Of a stretch of DNA of 64,000 bases, positions 11,230 through 22,670 are shown piece after piece (the first letter of the stretch is position 1; each line of letters starts with the position of its first letter). Source of the stretch: a virus (taxonomy: Duplodnaviria > Caudoviricetes); IMG/VR virus record IMGVR_UViG_3300037400_002591, positions 1 through 64,000 of that record; one strand, 5' to 3'. Both the position numbers and the translations under genes were made by a program. The notes under the pieces were generated by a model. That model searched no databases and was not told the origin of the DNA. It was given only the letters and a program-made list of their open reading frames with translations.

Positions 11230-12423
11230 CTAATCTTTCTTTATAATAACTAGTTTTTTAGCAGCCCTAGTCGCAGCTGTATATAACCATTGTTTATGTT
11301 CTTCTTTTTCAAAAGGGAAGCCTTCTTCTATAACAAGTACGTTATCCCATTCTGAACCTTGTGATTTATGACAGGTAATGGCATAACCATAAGTAAACTG
11401 GTCTGGAATTTTATCTTGAAATCTCCAATTTCTACCCATCTTATAACTTGTTTTCCAATCTAAACCTGGGACTCCAGTAGTGATTAATTGTTTATCCATA
11501 TTTAATATGCCATAATCTTCTTCTGTATCCGATATAAAATTAGCGGTTAATATATCTAATTTTTTTGGCTGTCCATCACTAGTTATTTGTCTAGGTAAAT
11601 TAATATATGTACTAAAACTATCTTTTAAATATCCAATAGTTCCATTAACAAGAGGATTATCATTAACTGAATATATATCCCAATTATTTTTTAAACAAAT
11701 AACTTTATCTCCGTCTTGCGGACCTCCGCTTCTACCAAGCAAATCTCTCATTTGATTATTTAAAGCTATTCTAGTTTCATTTTTTGCACAAATTATCTGG
11801 TCTGCCCATAATAGCATACCTGTTGTTAATTCATCTTTATTTAAAACTTGAACTTCTTTTCCTTGATAACGAGTTAAAGGTTTTCCCGCCCTTATATCCA
11901 TAGTTAAATTAATAATTTCACTTTCCGCTTCTTGACGCATAATTTCATCTAAGAATATATGCGGATGGTCTAGCAAATGATTATCTTCATTTTTATTTAT
12001 TGGTGGCAATTGGCCTGGGTCTCCTAAACATATAATATGAACATTATATTTAATTAATCGTTGTAAAAGTTCTTTTGGTACCATGCTACATTCATCTACT
12101 ATAACTATTTTATATGGTATAAACTCTACAGGCTTACGAAAGAAAGTTCCATCTGGTTTAGGGATACTTTCAAATAATAATTTATGTAATGTGCTTACAT
12201 TTTTATTACCTTTTTTTTGTAAAACTTGTGTTGCTTTACCTGTAAAAGATGTATATATAACATCTTCATCTGGATTGATATTAGGTAAAGCGGCGACTAT
12301 AAATTTAACTAGTGTCGACTTACCTGTTCCCGCATATCCAGATATAACTGTGTAACGTTCTTTTCGTTTATATCTATCTACTGCTATATCTAAACCTTGC
12401 TTTTGTTTGTCATTAAGTTCCAT
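11230..12423 (-). CDS. RecD/Dda-like SF1B helicase
   Basis: GYAGTGKS, IVDECSM, GDPGQLPP, YAITCHKSQGSEW, YTAATRA. Confidence 0.9.
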   Translation of the reverse strand: MELNDKQKQGLDIAVDRYKRKERYTVISGYAGTGKSTLVKFIVAALPNINPDEDVIYTSFTGKATQVLQKKGNKNVSTLHKLLFESIPKPDGTFFRKPVEFIPYKIVIVDECSMVPKELLQRLIKYNVHIICLGDPGQLPPINKNEDNHLLDHPHIFLDEIMRQEAESEIINLTMDIRAGKPLTRYQGKEVQVLNKDELTTGMLLWADQIICAKNETRIALNNQMRDLLGRSGGPQDGDKVICLKNNWDIYSVNDNPLVNGTIGYLKDSFSTYINLPRQITSDGQPKKLDILTANFISDTEEDYGILNMDKQLITTGVPGLDWKTSYKMGRNWRFQDKIPDQFTYGYAITCHKSQGSEWDNVLVIEEGFPFEKEEHKQWLYTAATRAAKKLVIIKKD

Positions 12424-12702
12424 TTATAGTCTCCTTTCTAATATAGTAATTAGACTATCTAATCTCCTTATAATTTTTTGCTCATCATCATCTACTCTTT
12501 TTAAATAGTTAATAATATTATCATTCTCTTTATGTAATTTATCTACTTCATTTGCAACTGCTTGAATTACTTTGTTATTTTTTAAAGCGGCAATATCATC
12601 ATCATTCATATTTTTCATTTGAGCAAAGAAACTAATTAAAGATAAAAAATCTAATATATCAAAATTTCTATTTATATTATTATTATTATTCAATATTATC
12701 AT
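12424..12702 (-). CDS. hypothetical protein
   Basis: ORF abutting helicase start. Confidence 0.55.
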   Translation of the reverse strand: MIILNNNNNINRNFDILDFLSLISFFAQMKNMNDDDIAALKNNKVIQAVANEVDKLHKENDNIINYLKRVDDDEQKIIRRLDSLITILERRL

Positions 12703-12749
12703 CTCTTTTCATATATTTATATTATATCATTTTTATTTAATAAAATCAA

Positions 12750-14570
12750 TTAAAAGAGATATTTTCCTGAACCGGTAATTTCATAATCTTCTATAAATAT
12801 CTGTGGAGATATATTCCCCATTCACTCATTTTGATTACATTTTCCTACAATATTTAATGATAAATATGCTCCTTCAAAATTTTCTAATTTGAAACATTCT
12901 TCATCAGTTGCATTAAATTTCATTAAACTTATTTTATTTGGTAAAGATATTTTTAATGTATTCCCTGTTTTTCTATATACAGTTATCATATCTTTACTTA
13001 TTTTTAAATTTTCAACAGCCACAAGGGCTTCATCAAAGTCTTTTCCTCATAAATTACCTAAATTAGCAATAGTTAAAATGTCGTTTGCTTGAACATCTGC
13101 GCCATTGTAAATATAATCTACATAATATATAGGTTCTGCTGAGATGTCTGCTAATGCAGCATCGGTCTCACTTAAAAATCTTTTGATCTGATCTTCCGCA
13201 AGACACATACCAAATGCATTTTCATGACCTTGGCACCATTCAGCCCCAGCCGCCTCACATATAGTTTTAAAATTAGTTACACCTGTTGCTTCATATCCTC
13301 TTGCGCTACCTTGATATAGTACTCTACTAGCACTAGTTACAAAAACTTCAGTTCCATTTTGTAACATAGTTGTATGTCCAGGGTCGATTTCTAAGGTTTT
13401 ACTTAATATACAACAAGGTCTTTGATATTTATTAGCAATTTTATTTGCAATTAATCCCGCAATATTTCTATTTAATTCTTTATTATCAAGAGTAAATAAT
13501 ATAACTTTATGGTCTAACAAACCTAAATCTTCTATTAAAAGTTCTAGTTCTTCCATTGTTTTATCTTGTTCTCTTGTTTGTCTATTTTTAACATTTGTAG
13601 ACATACGAACTGCTTGGTCTACTAATCTTTCCATTTCACCTGAAGCATGTCCACGCTTATTAGATGGGATCATTTCAAAAGCCTCATGTTTTAACATAGC
13701 CTTAAATAATAATTCTTTTTCTTCAATTTCTCCACTACGTTGAACCGCATTAATCATAGGAACTATATAAAATGCTGCATCTATTGAAGTTATATGTTCA
13801 CCTAGTTTAAACTTATTCTTTTGCCACATTTCATAAATATATGGATTGTGAATACTTTCAGGTTCAAAGCCTTTCATAATCAAATGTTTTGTTTCTATTG
13901 ATGTTAATGACATCATATCTCCAGTAAGACCTAATGCTACTAAATCTAAATAATAATCTGCAAAATGAGTTTTCATTTTTTCATCTATATATCTACAAAA
14001 TTGATATACTACACCTACACCTGATAATTCTTTATTAGGATAATCAGATAATTGATTATTAATTACAATAGCATCATCACTTAATTTATCAGCTAAGTGG
14101 TGGTCTAATATTATTGTATCAATATTTTTCTTTTTAAGTGCGGCATGGGCTTCATAATCGTTAGATCCAGCGTCAGGAATTAATACCAAATCAAAAGTGT
14201 GTGAATTAATATAATCCATACAATCATTTAGTCCATGTTGTTTTCCTTCATGAACCCATCATTTAAGATTTGACTCAACCCAACTTGGAACTAAGTCATG
14301 AAGATAATTAATAAGTAATGCGGCAGAGGTAAAACCGTCGCAATCGCAGTCTACAATAACTAAAGCACGACTTCCCGCAGCAATATGTTGTATTAAACAT
14401 TGGGCGGCTTGTGTCAAACAGCTTTGACCAAATGCTTCTGGTTTATTAATATCTTCATCGGTAGTATTTAAATAATGAGACACTTCCGCAAGTGGGATAT
14501 GTCTATTTGTTAATATTGTTTCTATTGTAGAATATTTTGGATTAATTGGATTTATTAGTTGATATCTCAT
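12750..14570 (-). CDS. recJ: RecJ-like DHH ssDNA exonuclease (3 TGA-Trp)
   Basis: Three in-frame track ORFs fuse via TGA; DCDCDG, PDAG, LDHH, GHENAFG, (W)GKD; 606 aa. Confidence 0.9.
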
Positions 14571-14838
14571 TGTTATCCTCCTTTAATTCATAATATTTAC
14601 ATAATCTTGGTAAATTTTCATAATTAATTATTTTATCTTTTAATAAACATTTTCCATATCCCAATGTTAATCAATGAGGATATAAATAATATTTATAATA
14701 TTTGCATCATTTACATTTTTTATGTAATGTTCTATATTCTTTTATTTTATTCATCATCATCATCACCTGCAGATACTATACACATTAATATAAATCCACA
14801 TATAGTGCCAAACATAAATCAGCCTAAATTGCTTAACA

Positions 14839-15933
14839 TTATAACATTACTCTCCTTTCAAAAAGTTGAGTAAAGATTTCAGGACCACAGTCAATTGGAG
14901 CATCTTTATATCCTAATAAATTCCATTTATCAAACATAAAACTAATTTGAATAATAGAACTATATTTTTTATTTATATCGGTTAATTTTTTAACCCAACC
15001 CTTCCATTCTTTATCTCCTATTTCTTTAAATTGCTTATCAAAAGCAATTACAATTTCTTCAACATCTAAAGATTTTAAAAGTTGTATTTGATAATTTGTT
15101 AAGTTACTTCCGCACACTGCGACGCTAATATCATTATCAATTCCAAAATAAGATTGATACAATAAACAACTTTTTTCTCCTTCAAATACAATCGCTTTTT
15201 TTATTTTTCTAATATTATCTTTACTATTATTTAAATTATATAAATTAAAACCTAATGGGTGATTATACATTTGATAATTTAAAATAGCAGGTTTATATTT
15301 TCCATTTTCCTCTTCTTCTTTAATTAATGTTCTTTCTCTAATTCCAATTAACTTACCATCAATATTATAATGCGGGATTACTATCCCCCATGAAACTGGA
15401 TCAAACGCAATTCCGCAATTATCCATCGCCTCTTGCGATATACCCTCTTTTAACCACATAGGAATTTTTGGTCTTGGTAAATATTTTAAAATTTTATCAT
15501 CATAAAATTTGAACTCAATTATTTTTTCTTGCTTTTCTTGAGAACTATTTTGTTCATATTTATTAAGAATTTGCCAATCCCCTACTTCTTCATTACTATA
15601 AACAAAATTTTCATTTGAGATTGCCAAATTGAAAAAAGTAATTACAAATTGAATAGCTTGGAATAAAGTAAAATCAATACCTTCTAATTTTTTATTTTTT
15701 ATAATAAAATCATATATATCAAATATATCACTGCATTCAGTATAACATCTAAATAATTTAGTGTTATCATAATAATATAATTTATGGCTTTGACCCCCGT
15801 GACATATAGTCCTAGCTATAATAATATCACCTTTAAGTATTGGGTCGCCACCAAGAGCGTATAATAATTCTTTTATTTGTTCTATTGTTAAACTATTTTT
15901 AATATTTTCAGACCATTCTTTTATATTATCCAT
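14839..15933 (-). CDS. DNA primase (Zn finger + TOPRIM)
   Basis: TICH..FRCYTEC Zn site; VFEGEKS and IAFD TOPRIM motifs. Confidence 0.8.
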   Translation of the reverse strand: MDNIKEWSENIKNSLTIEQIKELLYALGGDPILKGDIIIARTICHGGQSHKLYYYDNTKLFRCYTECSDIFDIYDFIIKNKKLEGIDFTLFQAIQFVITFFNLAISNENFVYSNEEVGDWQILNKYEQNSSQEKQEKIIEFKFYDDKILKYLPRPKIPMWLKEGISQEAMDNCGIAFDPVSWGIVIPHYNIDGKLIGIRERTLIKEEEENGKYKPAILNYQMYNHPLGFNLYNLNNSKDNIRKIKKAIVFEGEKSCLLYQSYFGIDNDISVAVCGSNLTNYQIQLLKSLDVEEIVIAFDKQFKEIGDKEWKGWVKKLTDINKKYSSIIQISFMFDKWNLLGYKDAPIDCGPEIFTQLFERRVML

Positions 15934-15990
15934 TACTATTCACTCCTTTTCATATAATTATATTATAACAAAAATTATTTATATAATCAA

Positions 15991-17526
15991 TTAGAAAGCA
16001 GAAACTTGCAACTTAGGATTAACATTTATTTTAAAGTCAGGTAAGTCTACTAATTGATAATTGTAATCAGTAGCAAACATAGGTATCACGCGGCAAGTAG
16101 CTTGATTTGCTTTACACCATAATAAAATATCTTTATATTGACCTCTACGATTTTTATAAACAGATATTTTAATTGCAGGCTCTTCAAATTTAAATCTCGC
16201 TATAACCTCTCTTAACGCCTCTTTATCTTCTTTGCTTGTTTTAAGCATAATCATACCTAAATCAATTTTATCTGCTATTGATTTTGCTCCACGTAATAGG
16301 TTTTGGTCATATTGTTGTGCAGTAGTATAATCTGCGTTAAGTTGAGTAGCAGTAAGAATAAATACTCCATATTCATTACATATATCTTTTAATTTAATTG
16401 AAATCATAAATAATACATTATCTTCTCTTAAACCTTTAATTCCAGTTTTTGAAGTTACTTCACTTAATATTTTCATAGAAGTATGTAGATAATCAAAGAA
16501 CACATATCTGACATCCCACTCATGAATACCAAATTTAATAGTATTTTCAATATCTTTCATTGAGAAGTCAGGCAATTTTTTAATATATAGCGGACATTTT
16601 TTAATAAGCTCAGCCGCATAAATAACACGCTCTAACTCTCCAACTTCATATGCATTATATATAATATGATTTTCATTTACATCAGATAAAAATGCTAACA
16701 TCATAGTCTGTATTTCATCAACCTCTTGCTCTGTTGTTATAAACATAGTAGGTTCTTTAGTTCCATTTTCAACCCATTTACCTAAATCTGAATCATATAT
16801 TTTATCGCAAGCTATTGAACATGCATCTGCAATCATACTACGAGTTTTACCGACACCTGTTGCCGCAGACCTTAAATAGAACTTTTTTAAACGAGCTCCA
16901 CGTGTAACTGTATTAATAAGAGGCCCATACATTGGATATCCAATTTCAGGTCGCTTTTGAAGATTTTCAATTAATTCAACCATTCTATCTCCAGCTTGAA
17001 TAAAATCTTCATTTGAATCATCTACATATTTCATTCTTATTTCAGTAATTTTTTTATCTATTAAATCTGCAATACTATCAAGAGATGAATTGTCTAACCA
17101 GTCTTCTTGAGCCTGTTTCTTTTTAACATCTAATATATTATTAATATCATATAACCAAGATAAGTCCATTCCCGCGTTGCTATACATACGCAATAAAGTC
17201 ATCTTTTTAACTCTTTGATAATAATAATCAAAAGTTGATAATTGTATATTTTCTGTTATTTTTTGTAAATATTCTGCACCTTTATATGTTTTATAAGTTG
17301 CTAAACTTTTTGGTCTATCTTTTAAATAATCTTCTATTGTATTAACATTAACTTCTTTTGCCCCAAGAGCATGAAGATTGTAAATAGAGCCAAATAATAT
17401 TTTATGAAATTCTTCAGTAAAATCATCTTCATTGAAGAAATATCTTTCATCATCTAATAAAGAAGGATTTTGATAGATGCACCCTATCACTTGAATAGTT
17501 GCTGATAAATCTACATATTTCGCCAT
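15991..17526 (-). CDS. dnaB: DnaB-like replicative helicase
   Basis: AATGVGKT, FFDYL, TATQLN, SIADKID, KNRRG. Confidence 0.85.
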   Translation of the reverse strand: MAKYVDLSATIQVIGCIYQNPSLLDDERYFFNEDDFTEEFHKILFGSIYNLHALGAKEVNVNTIEDYLKDRPKSLATYKTYKGAEYLQKITENIQLSTFDYYYQRVKKMTLLRMYSNAGMDLSWLYDINNILDVKKKQAQEDWLDNSSLDSIADLIDKKITEIRMKYVDDSNEDFIQAGDRMVELIENLQKRPEIGYPMYGPLINTVTRGARLKKFYLRSAATGVGKTRSMIADACSIACDKIYDSDLGKWVENGTKEPTMFITTEQEVDEIQTMMLAFLSDVNENHIIYNAYEVGELERVIYAAELIKKCPLYIKKLPDFSMKDIENTIKFGIHEWDVRYVFFDYLHTSMKILSEVTSKTGIKGLREDNVLFMISIKLKDICNEYGVFILTATQLNADYTTAQQYDQNLLRGAKSIADKIDLGMIMLKTSKEDKEALREVIARFKFEEPAIKISVYKNRRGQYKDILLWCKANQATCRVIPMFATDYNYQLVDLPDFKINVNPKLQVSAF

Positions 17527-17537
17527 TTGCTACCCTC

Positions 17538-18044
17538 CTAATCTTCATCATCATCTATCTTAAATAATTTTGTTGGATTTGTATAAACACGTGGAGATGC
17601 TATTTCTACTTGTTCAACTTTAGGCTTATACTCTCCAATATTATCATTAACTAATTTTGCCAAATATAGTGTATAATAATATTTTTCGGCATCATCATAA
17701 ACATATGGGACTATTCCAATACCATCTTTAGCCAATTCTATTGTATGTCCTTGTATTTCATACCACCAATATAAAGTCTTTAGCATTCCAGAATAACTAT
17801 ACCCATATTCTTCTCTAAAATCTTTAATTTGTTTTCTTGTTTTTGCATTAATAGTATTTACTTTGAATAATTTTTTTATATATAATTCTAAACTATTATA
17901 ATCTTTTTCGTCTTGCGGAATGGTTGCTTCTACTTTTTCGGCGCAAGTTTTATGCGCATATCGTCTAGGGCTAACTTCTATGGCCGGCTCTAAATCTCTA
18001 TCAAAGCGGATCCCGCAATACTTACAAGTAACAAAATGTGCCAT
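17538..18044 (-). CDS. hypothetical protein with N-terminal CxxC...HxxC site
   Basis: ORF upstream of helicase; possible loader (inference). Confidence 0.6.
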   Translation of the reverse strand: MAHFVTCKYCGIRFDRDLEPAIEVSPRRYAHKTCAEKVEATIPQDEKDYNSLELYIKKLFKVNTINAKTRKQIKDFREEYGYSYSGMLKTLYWWYEIQGHTIELAKDGIGIVPYVYDDAEKYYYTLYLAKLVNDNIGEYKPKVEQVEIASPRVYTNPTKLFKIDDDED

Positions 18045-18161
18045 ACTCTATACACCTTCTTTTCTTCTTTATTATATTATAACATAATTTTAAGTAAAAA
18101 TCAAAAAAGAGAAGATATAGTTTACGTCTAGATATCTTCTCTTTATCACTCCTCTTTACTT

Positions 18162-19154
18162 TTATTTTATTAAATCTTCTAAATCAATTACAATAAGATT
18201 AAGCATTTCAACTTGGTCTCTTGTGCATTGACTAGCTTTTTTACCTTTACCAAGATACTTTTCAGTAATTTGTGTAATTTTAGGTGTCCATACTTCTTCC
18301 ATTTCTTTTTCAGTATGAGAAGTTATAATCTTTGTAACTATTTCTTCAAATTTTGCTTTTACAGTATCAAAATCTAATTCTTCTACTTTAAATTCATTCT
18401 TTTCATTAGTTACAAATTCTGCACCTTTTTCTTTTGCGGCAGCATCTATAGCATCATTAAGTGCCTTTACAAGAGCATCATAATTAGCAGGTACTTCTTC
18501 TACCATATGTTTGAAGCGGCAACCACATGTTACGCTACCATCTTGAGAACGTAATCTAATCTTACGAGTTGTTACTCCATCTGTTGTATCTGCATACATA
18601 TAACCATAAATATCAGCCATATTTTCAATTATTCTATTATAAGTATCTGACACAGAAGGTCTGATAATTGAAAATTCAGAACCATCTGATTTTTTAAAAC
18701 TACCTTCTTTATAATGAGCGATGAAATATACTGCATATCCTAATTGAGCTATTGAACGGAATACTTCTTCAAATTCCTTTTTAAGTAAAGTCCATCCTTG
18801 ACCATAAGGAATTTCCCCTAGAGCATTAACTCCATTTTGTCCGCATATATATTTTTCACATTGGATTGCCGCAACATCTACGGTATCCACTATAATAGTT
18901 GAAAAGCTTTCTTTATTTTCAGGTTTCTTTAATTCTCTTACTACTTGTTTAATTTCTGACCAAGACGAAATGTCTTGAGCAATAATTCCAGCTAAAGCAT
19001 TATAACCGCGTTCAAATGCTAGTAATAATGGTTTAGGCATATCTGCACCTAAAGAAGTTTTACCTACTTTTGGCGCTCCATATATATAAGTAATATATCC
19101 ACTTAAATCTCTACTTACTTTATGAGGTGTTAATTTTTGTAAATCTATAGCCAT
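18162..19154 (-). CDS. AAA_24/Sak4-like ATPase
   Basis: YGAPKVGKT, IVDTVD, GQGW, FIAH. Confidence 0.8.
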   Translation of the reverse strand: MAIDLQKLTPHKVSRDLSGYITYIYGAPKVGKTSLGADMPKPLLLAFERGYNALAGIIAQDISSWSEIKQVVRELKKPENKESFSTIIVDTVDVAAIQCEKYICGQNGVNALGEIPYGQGWTLLKKEFEEVFRSIAQLGYAVYFIAHYKEGSFKKSDGSEFSIIRPSVSDTYNRIIENMADIYGYMYADTTDGVTTRKIRLRSQDGSVTCGCRFKHMVEEVPANYDALVKALNDAIDAAAKEKGAEFVTNEKNEFKVEELDFDTVKAKFEEIVTKIITSHTEKEMEEVWTPKITQITEKYLGKGKKASQCTRDQVEMLNLIVIDLEDLIK

Positions 19155-19230
19155 TTTATATTTCTCCTTCTTCTTTATTCTTATATATTAAATAAGGAGG
19201 AGGCTACGCTCCTCCATTTATAGAGTTTTA

Positions 19231-20193
19231 TTAAAAATTAAATGTCCCTTTAGCTGCAGTTACAGTAGTAGTTGTAGTTGATGGTGTAGCTGCTGGAGCT
19301 GGAGTAGATCCTCCGTCTCTTTGAGCTCTATATTCTTCACTACGTTTCTTTGTATCTGCTAACATTAATTCTCTATCTTGCATAGCCTTTTGAACTTCAG
19401 CAACAGTTAATACAGTTTCATCTCCAAAATCATATGGTACTTTTGATGTTCCTGTGATAATCCATTCTCTTATTTTTCTTTCAAAAGTTCTAACAGCTTC
19501 TTCACCAAATGCAGTTTCTTCTTTTACTTCATTTGCGATTGAACCACAATTAATTCTACCCCATACTTTTGTGAATACTGGTTCATTTTGAGATGCATTT
19601 AAATCTTCAAAATATCCCATACCTTCATCATTTCTAACGATAAAATCAACAGGTAATAATGCATTTCTAAAATTAAATATAGCACCTTTTACTACTACAT
19701 AATCTTTATCTATGTTCTTTTCAGGGTCAGCTTCAACTCTTGTTACATTTGTGATTAACATATCAGTTGTAAATGTATTTCTTTCATTCTCTGGACCTAA
19801 GTCAGATATGATTGTAACAAATCCGCCTTCATTTACTTTAGTTGATACTAATCTATCATCTTGTGTATAAAAATCATTTAATGCTAATGCAGTATCAATT
19901 CTTATTTTTAATGCTTCATCTTTTCCATCTGTAACCCAAGTTTTGCCACCATTGATAATTCTATCTAAATTTGTATAAGTTGCATTTTTATTTCCTGAGT
20001 TAGTTGTTTCTACAACATATGTAAAGTGTACTGGAATTACTACTAATCCTTCTTCATCAACAGCAACTTCAATATTACCTGATATAAATTCTTTACCAAA
20101 GTTTTGAGATGCTTGATTTTGTACAGTTTTCTTTACTAAATTATGTTGATAAATTCTACCTTCTACTCTTTCAGTATTAATCATTTTTTTCAT
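19231..20193 (-). CDS. hypothetical protein, possible ssDNA-binding protein
   Basis: Beta-rich, flexible tail ending TFNF; next to recombinase-like ATPase. Confidence 0.55.
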   Translation of the reverse strand: MKKMINTERVEGRIYQHNLVKKTVQNQASQNFGKEFISGNIEVAVDEEGLVVIPVHFTYVVETTNSGNKNATYTNLDRIINGGKTWVTDGKDEALKIRIDTALALNDFYTQDDRLVSTKVNEGGFVTIISDLGPENERNTFTTDMLITNVTRVEADPEKNIDKDYVVVKGAIFNFRNALLPVDFIVRNDEGMGYFEDLNASQNEPVFTKVWGRINCGSIANEVKEETAFGEEAVRTFERKIREWIITGTSKVPYDFGDETVLTVAEVQKAMQDRELMLADTKKRSEEYRAQRDGGSTPAPAATPSTTTTTVTAAKGTFNF

Positions 20194-20266
20194 TTATTTT
20201 CTTCTCCTTTTCTAATTATTCTTTTAATTTTCATTTTTCTATATTAATATTATATCAAAAATTTTT

Positions 20267-20596
20267 TTAATCGTCAAGCTGAGTTTCACTGCCTAAAGTT
20301 GTCAACTCATATGTCACAGGGTTTGTAGCTTGTTTGCGGCAATACCCCTCATTAAGTAGCTTTTTCATAGCTCCAGATACTGAGCGTGGAGGCATAAATA
20401 ATAATTCTCCTAATTGTTTTGAACTAAAAGTTTTATATGTTGCTTGATTTCGTTGCATACAAATAAGTATTTTTCTACCATTTTCAGTAAAAGTGTTTTG
20501 AGTTTTTTCTTTTAATTCGGTATAAAAATCCATTGCCGCAGGACTAAAATATTTTGAATATTGTTCTAATTCTTTTAAAAATTCATTCATTGTCAT
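20267..20596 (-). CDS. winged-HTH protein
   Basis: SSKQLGELLFMPPRSVSGAMKKLLNEGY...YELT. Confidence 0.7.
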   Translation of the reverse strand: MTMNEFLKELEQYSKYFSPAAMDFYTELKEKTQNTFTENGRKILICMQRNQATYKTFSSKQLGELLFMPPRSVSGAMKKLLNEGYCRKQATNPVTYELTTLGSETQLDD

Positions 20597-20609
20597 ATTA
20601 TTTCCCTCC

Positions 20610-21248
20610 CTATCTATCTTTCTTTACATAATGATAATGATTTCTTGATACTTCGTTACATATATGCAATTTAAATGCGTCATCAGTATTAAACCACCAT
20701 TCATTTTTGCAATGCTTATCATATTGAGCTTCTGTAATTCCTGTTTTTTCAATTAAAGAAGTTTTTATATTTGCTTGAATAGTAGTTAATAACATATTTT
20801 TACTATAAAAAGTAGACTCATTTTCTTCTTCAACTGGCTTTTGGAAAATACTATCTGTAAACATAAATGTTGAATCAGCGTAAGTAAATCTTTTATGTCC
20901 AGCTAAATACACCAAAAAACTCTCTTTATGCACAGAACCAATATTAAAAGTATAAACAGGTGTTTTAGATATTTGAATTGAGTTAGCGATTGTAATTGCT
21001 GCATCTAAACTTCCACCAATTGAGTTTATATAAAGTTTAATAGGTTCTCTTTCAGATAATGAAATTCCCATTTCATCATCTGCTAAATTCCAAAATCTGA
21101 TATAAGCATCAATAGACTCAGCTATTTGAGGTGTTAAAGTATCTAATTGTAATTCTCTATTGCTGACTTTCATATATTTTGGAATATCTTCAAGAGAAGT
21201 AATATATTGTTTATTTTTGTTCATTCTTTTTAGAAAAGATAACCACAT
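20610..21248 (-). CDS. ClpP-like protein lacking catalytic Ser/His
   Basis: LYINSIGGS motif present; GxAAS replaced by GSVHK, MIHQ by MFTD. Confidence 0.75.
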   Translation of the reverse strand: MWLSFLKRMNKNKQYITSLEDIPKYMKVSNRELQLDTLTPQIAESIDAYIRFWNLADDEMGISLSEREPIKLYINSIGGSLDAAITIANSIQISKTPVYTFNIGSVHKESFLVYLAGHKRFTYADSTFMFTDSIFQKPVEEENESTFYSKNMLLTTIQANIKTSLIEKTGITEAQYDKHCKNEWWFNTDDAFKLHICNEVSRNHYHYVKKDR

Positions 21249-21308
21249 ATTATTTTTCTCCTTTCATTTTCTAATTATATTATATCATTTTTTATTTAAT
21301 AAATCAAA

Positions 21309-22241
21309 TTAGGAATTTCTAATTCCCTTATTAGAATTATATCCATAATCATATGAATTATATAAATTAATATAAAAGGCTTCTTTTTCATTTAAATCTG
21401 CGGCAGCGCACTCCTCAAGCATTTCAAAAGTAAAATTATCAATTCCTTCTTTATACATAGCTTGATATAATTTATTATTTGCGGGAGTATCTATTCCAAG
21501 ACCGCATTTCATATGCTCACGCCATCTTTCTCTAATTTTTTTAGCTTGTCCTATATAACACAATTTATTTGTTTTATTTGTAATTTTATATATTCCGCAT
21601 TTTTCTTCTGTTCCTAATACTCTTGCAGCAAGTTCGTTTGCTTTTTTGGAATAATATGTTTGTCATATAATCATGCGGATAGGCCTAGGATCACGGAGCT
21701 CATTTTCAATAGATTGTAATATTTTTGTTTCTCGTTTATCTATGTCATCAATAGATAAAGAATAATATTCTGCTTGTTGTTGTATTTTTTCTTCTTCTAA
21801 TTGTGCTTGAATTGCGGCGGCGCGAGTTGCAGAAATTTTATCTAGATCTACGCGGATCTGATCGATTTCCGCATTAACCTTATCTTGTATATCTCCATAG
21901 CTTTTGTTTAATAAATCTATTGCCGCATAATATTCTTTTTCTTTTAATTCATATTCTTTATCTAAAGTATCCATATAATTTTCAAATGCTTTTCTGGATA
22001 CTTGTTCAGAATTTTCTATTGATTGTTGAACTTTATCTAAAATATTTTGTTTATTTTCAATTTCTTTTTGTATAAAATCTTTTTTCTCATTTAAGTATTT
22101 ATTTTCATCTTCTATTTTTTCATTTTCTTTTTTAATATTTTCATTTATTTTATTTATTTCTCTTGTTTTGTTTTTTTCTTTATAATACAAATAAAATAAT
22201 AAACAAGAAATACATAATAATAGAAATATTATAAAATACAT
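21309..22241 (-). CDS. membrane-anchored coiled-coil GIY-YIG nuclease (1 TGA-Trp)
   Basis: N-terminal TM helix, coiled coil, then GIYKITN..YIGQA..RWREH; two track ORFs fuse in frame at TGA 21663. Confidence 0.8.
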
Positions 22242-22317
22242 TTACATCACCTTTTTAAAATAAAGAAAAGCAGAGGATTACCTCCTCCGCTTTCCTATGT
22301 TAGATTTTTATTAAAAA

Positions 22318-22590
22318 TTATTCAGCTTTTGTTTCTTCAGCATCTGGATTAAAAGCTTTTCCTTCAGCAGTTAATTTAATAAACTTAACTGATTTATGGC
22401 TTCCATCTTCTAATTCGATTTCAGCAGGAATTCTTTCCATTAATCCTTTTCTTTGGAATGCAGATGTAACAATACCATTTACTTGTTTAGTATCTAATCC
22501 TGTTCCTTCTGCGATATCAGCTGCAGTAATATTCTTACCGTCATTAGCTTTTACAAATTCATAAACTGTTCTACTATTTGGTTTTAACAT
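22318..22590 (-). CDS. small winged-HTH DNA-binding protein
   Basis: TAADIAEGTGLDTKQVNGIV...IKLTAEG. Confidence 0.7.
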   Translation of the reverse strand: MLKPNSRTVYEFVKANDGKNITAADIAEGTGLDTKQVNGIVTSAFQRKGLMERIPAEIELEDGSHKSVKFIKLTAEGKAFNPDAEETKAE

Positions 22591-22670
22591 AATTCTTTCT
22601 CTCCTTTTTTTATTCTATTTTGATGTTTTTCATCTTTTTTATTTTACATATATATTATATCATAAAAATT

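Noticed and set aside
12750-14570. Fragmented ORFs (recJ, nrdG, HEGs, tail genes) as pseudogenes or frameshifts
   Set aside because: Fragments are in the same frame and separated only by TGA codons at Trp-typical positions
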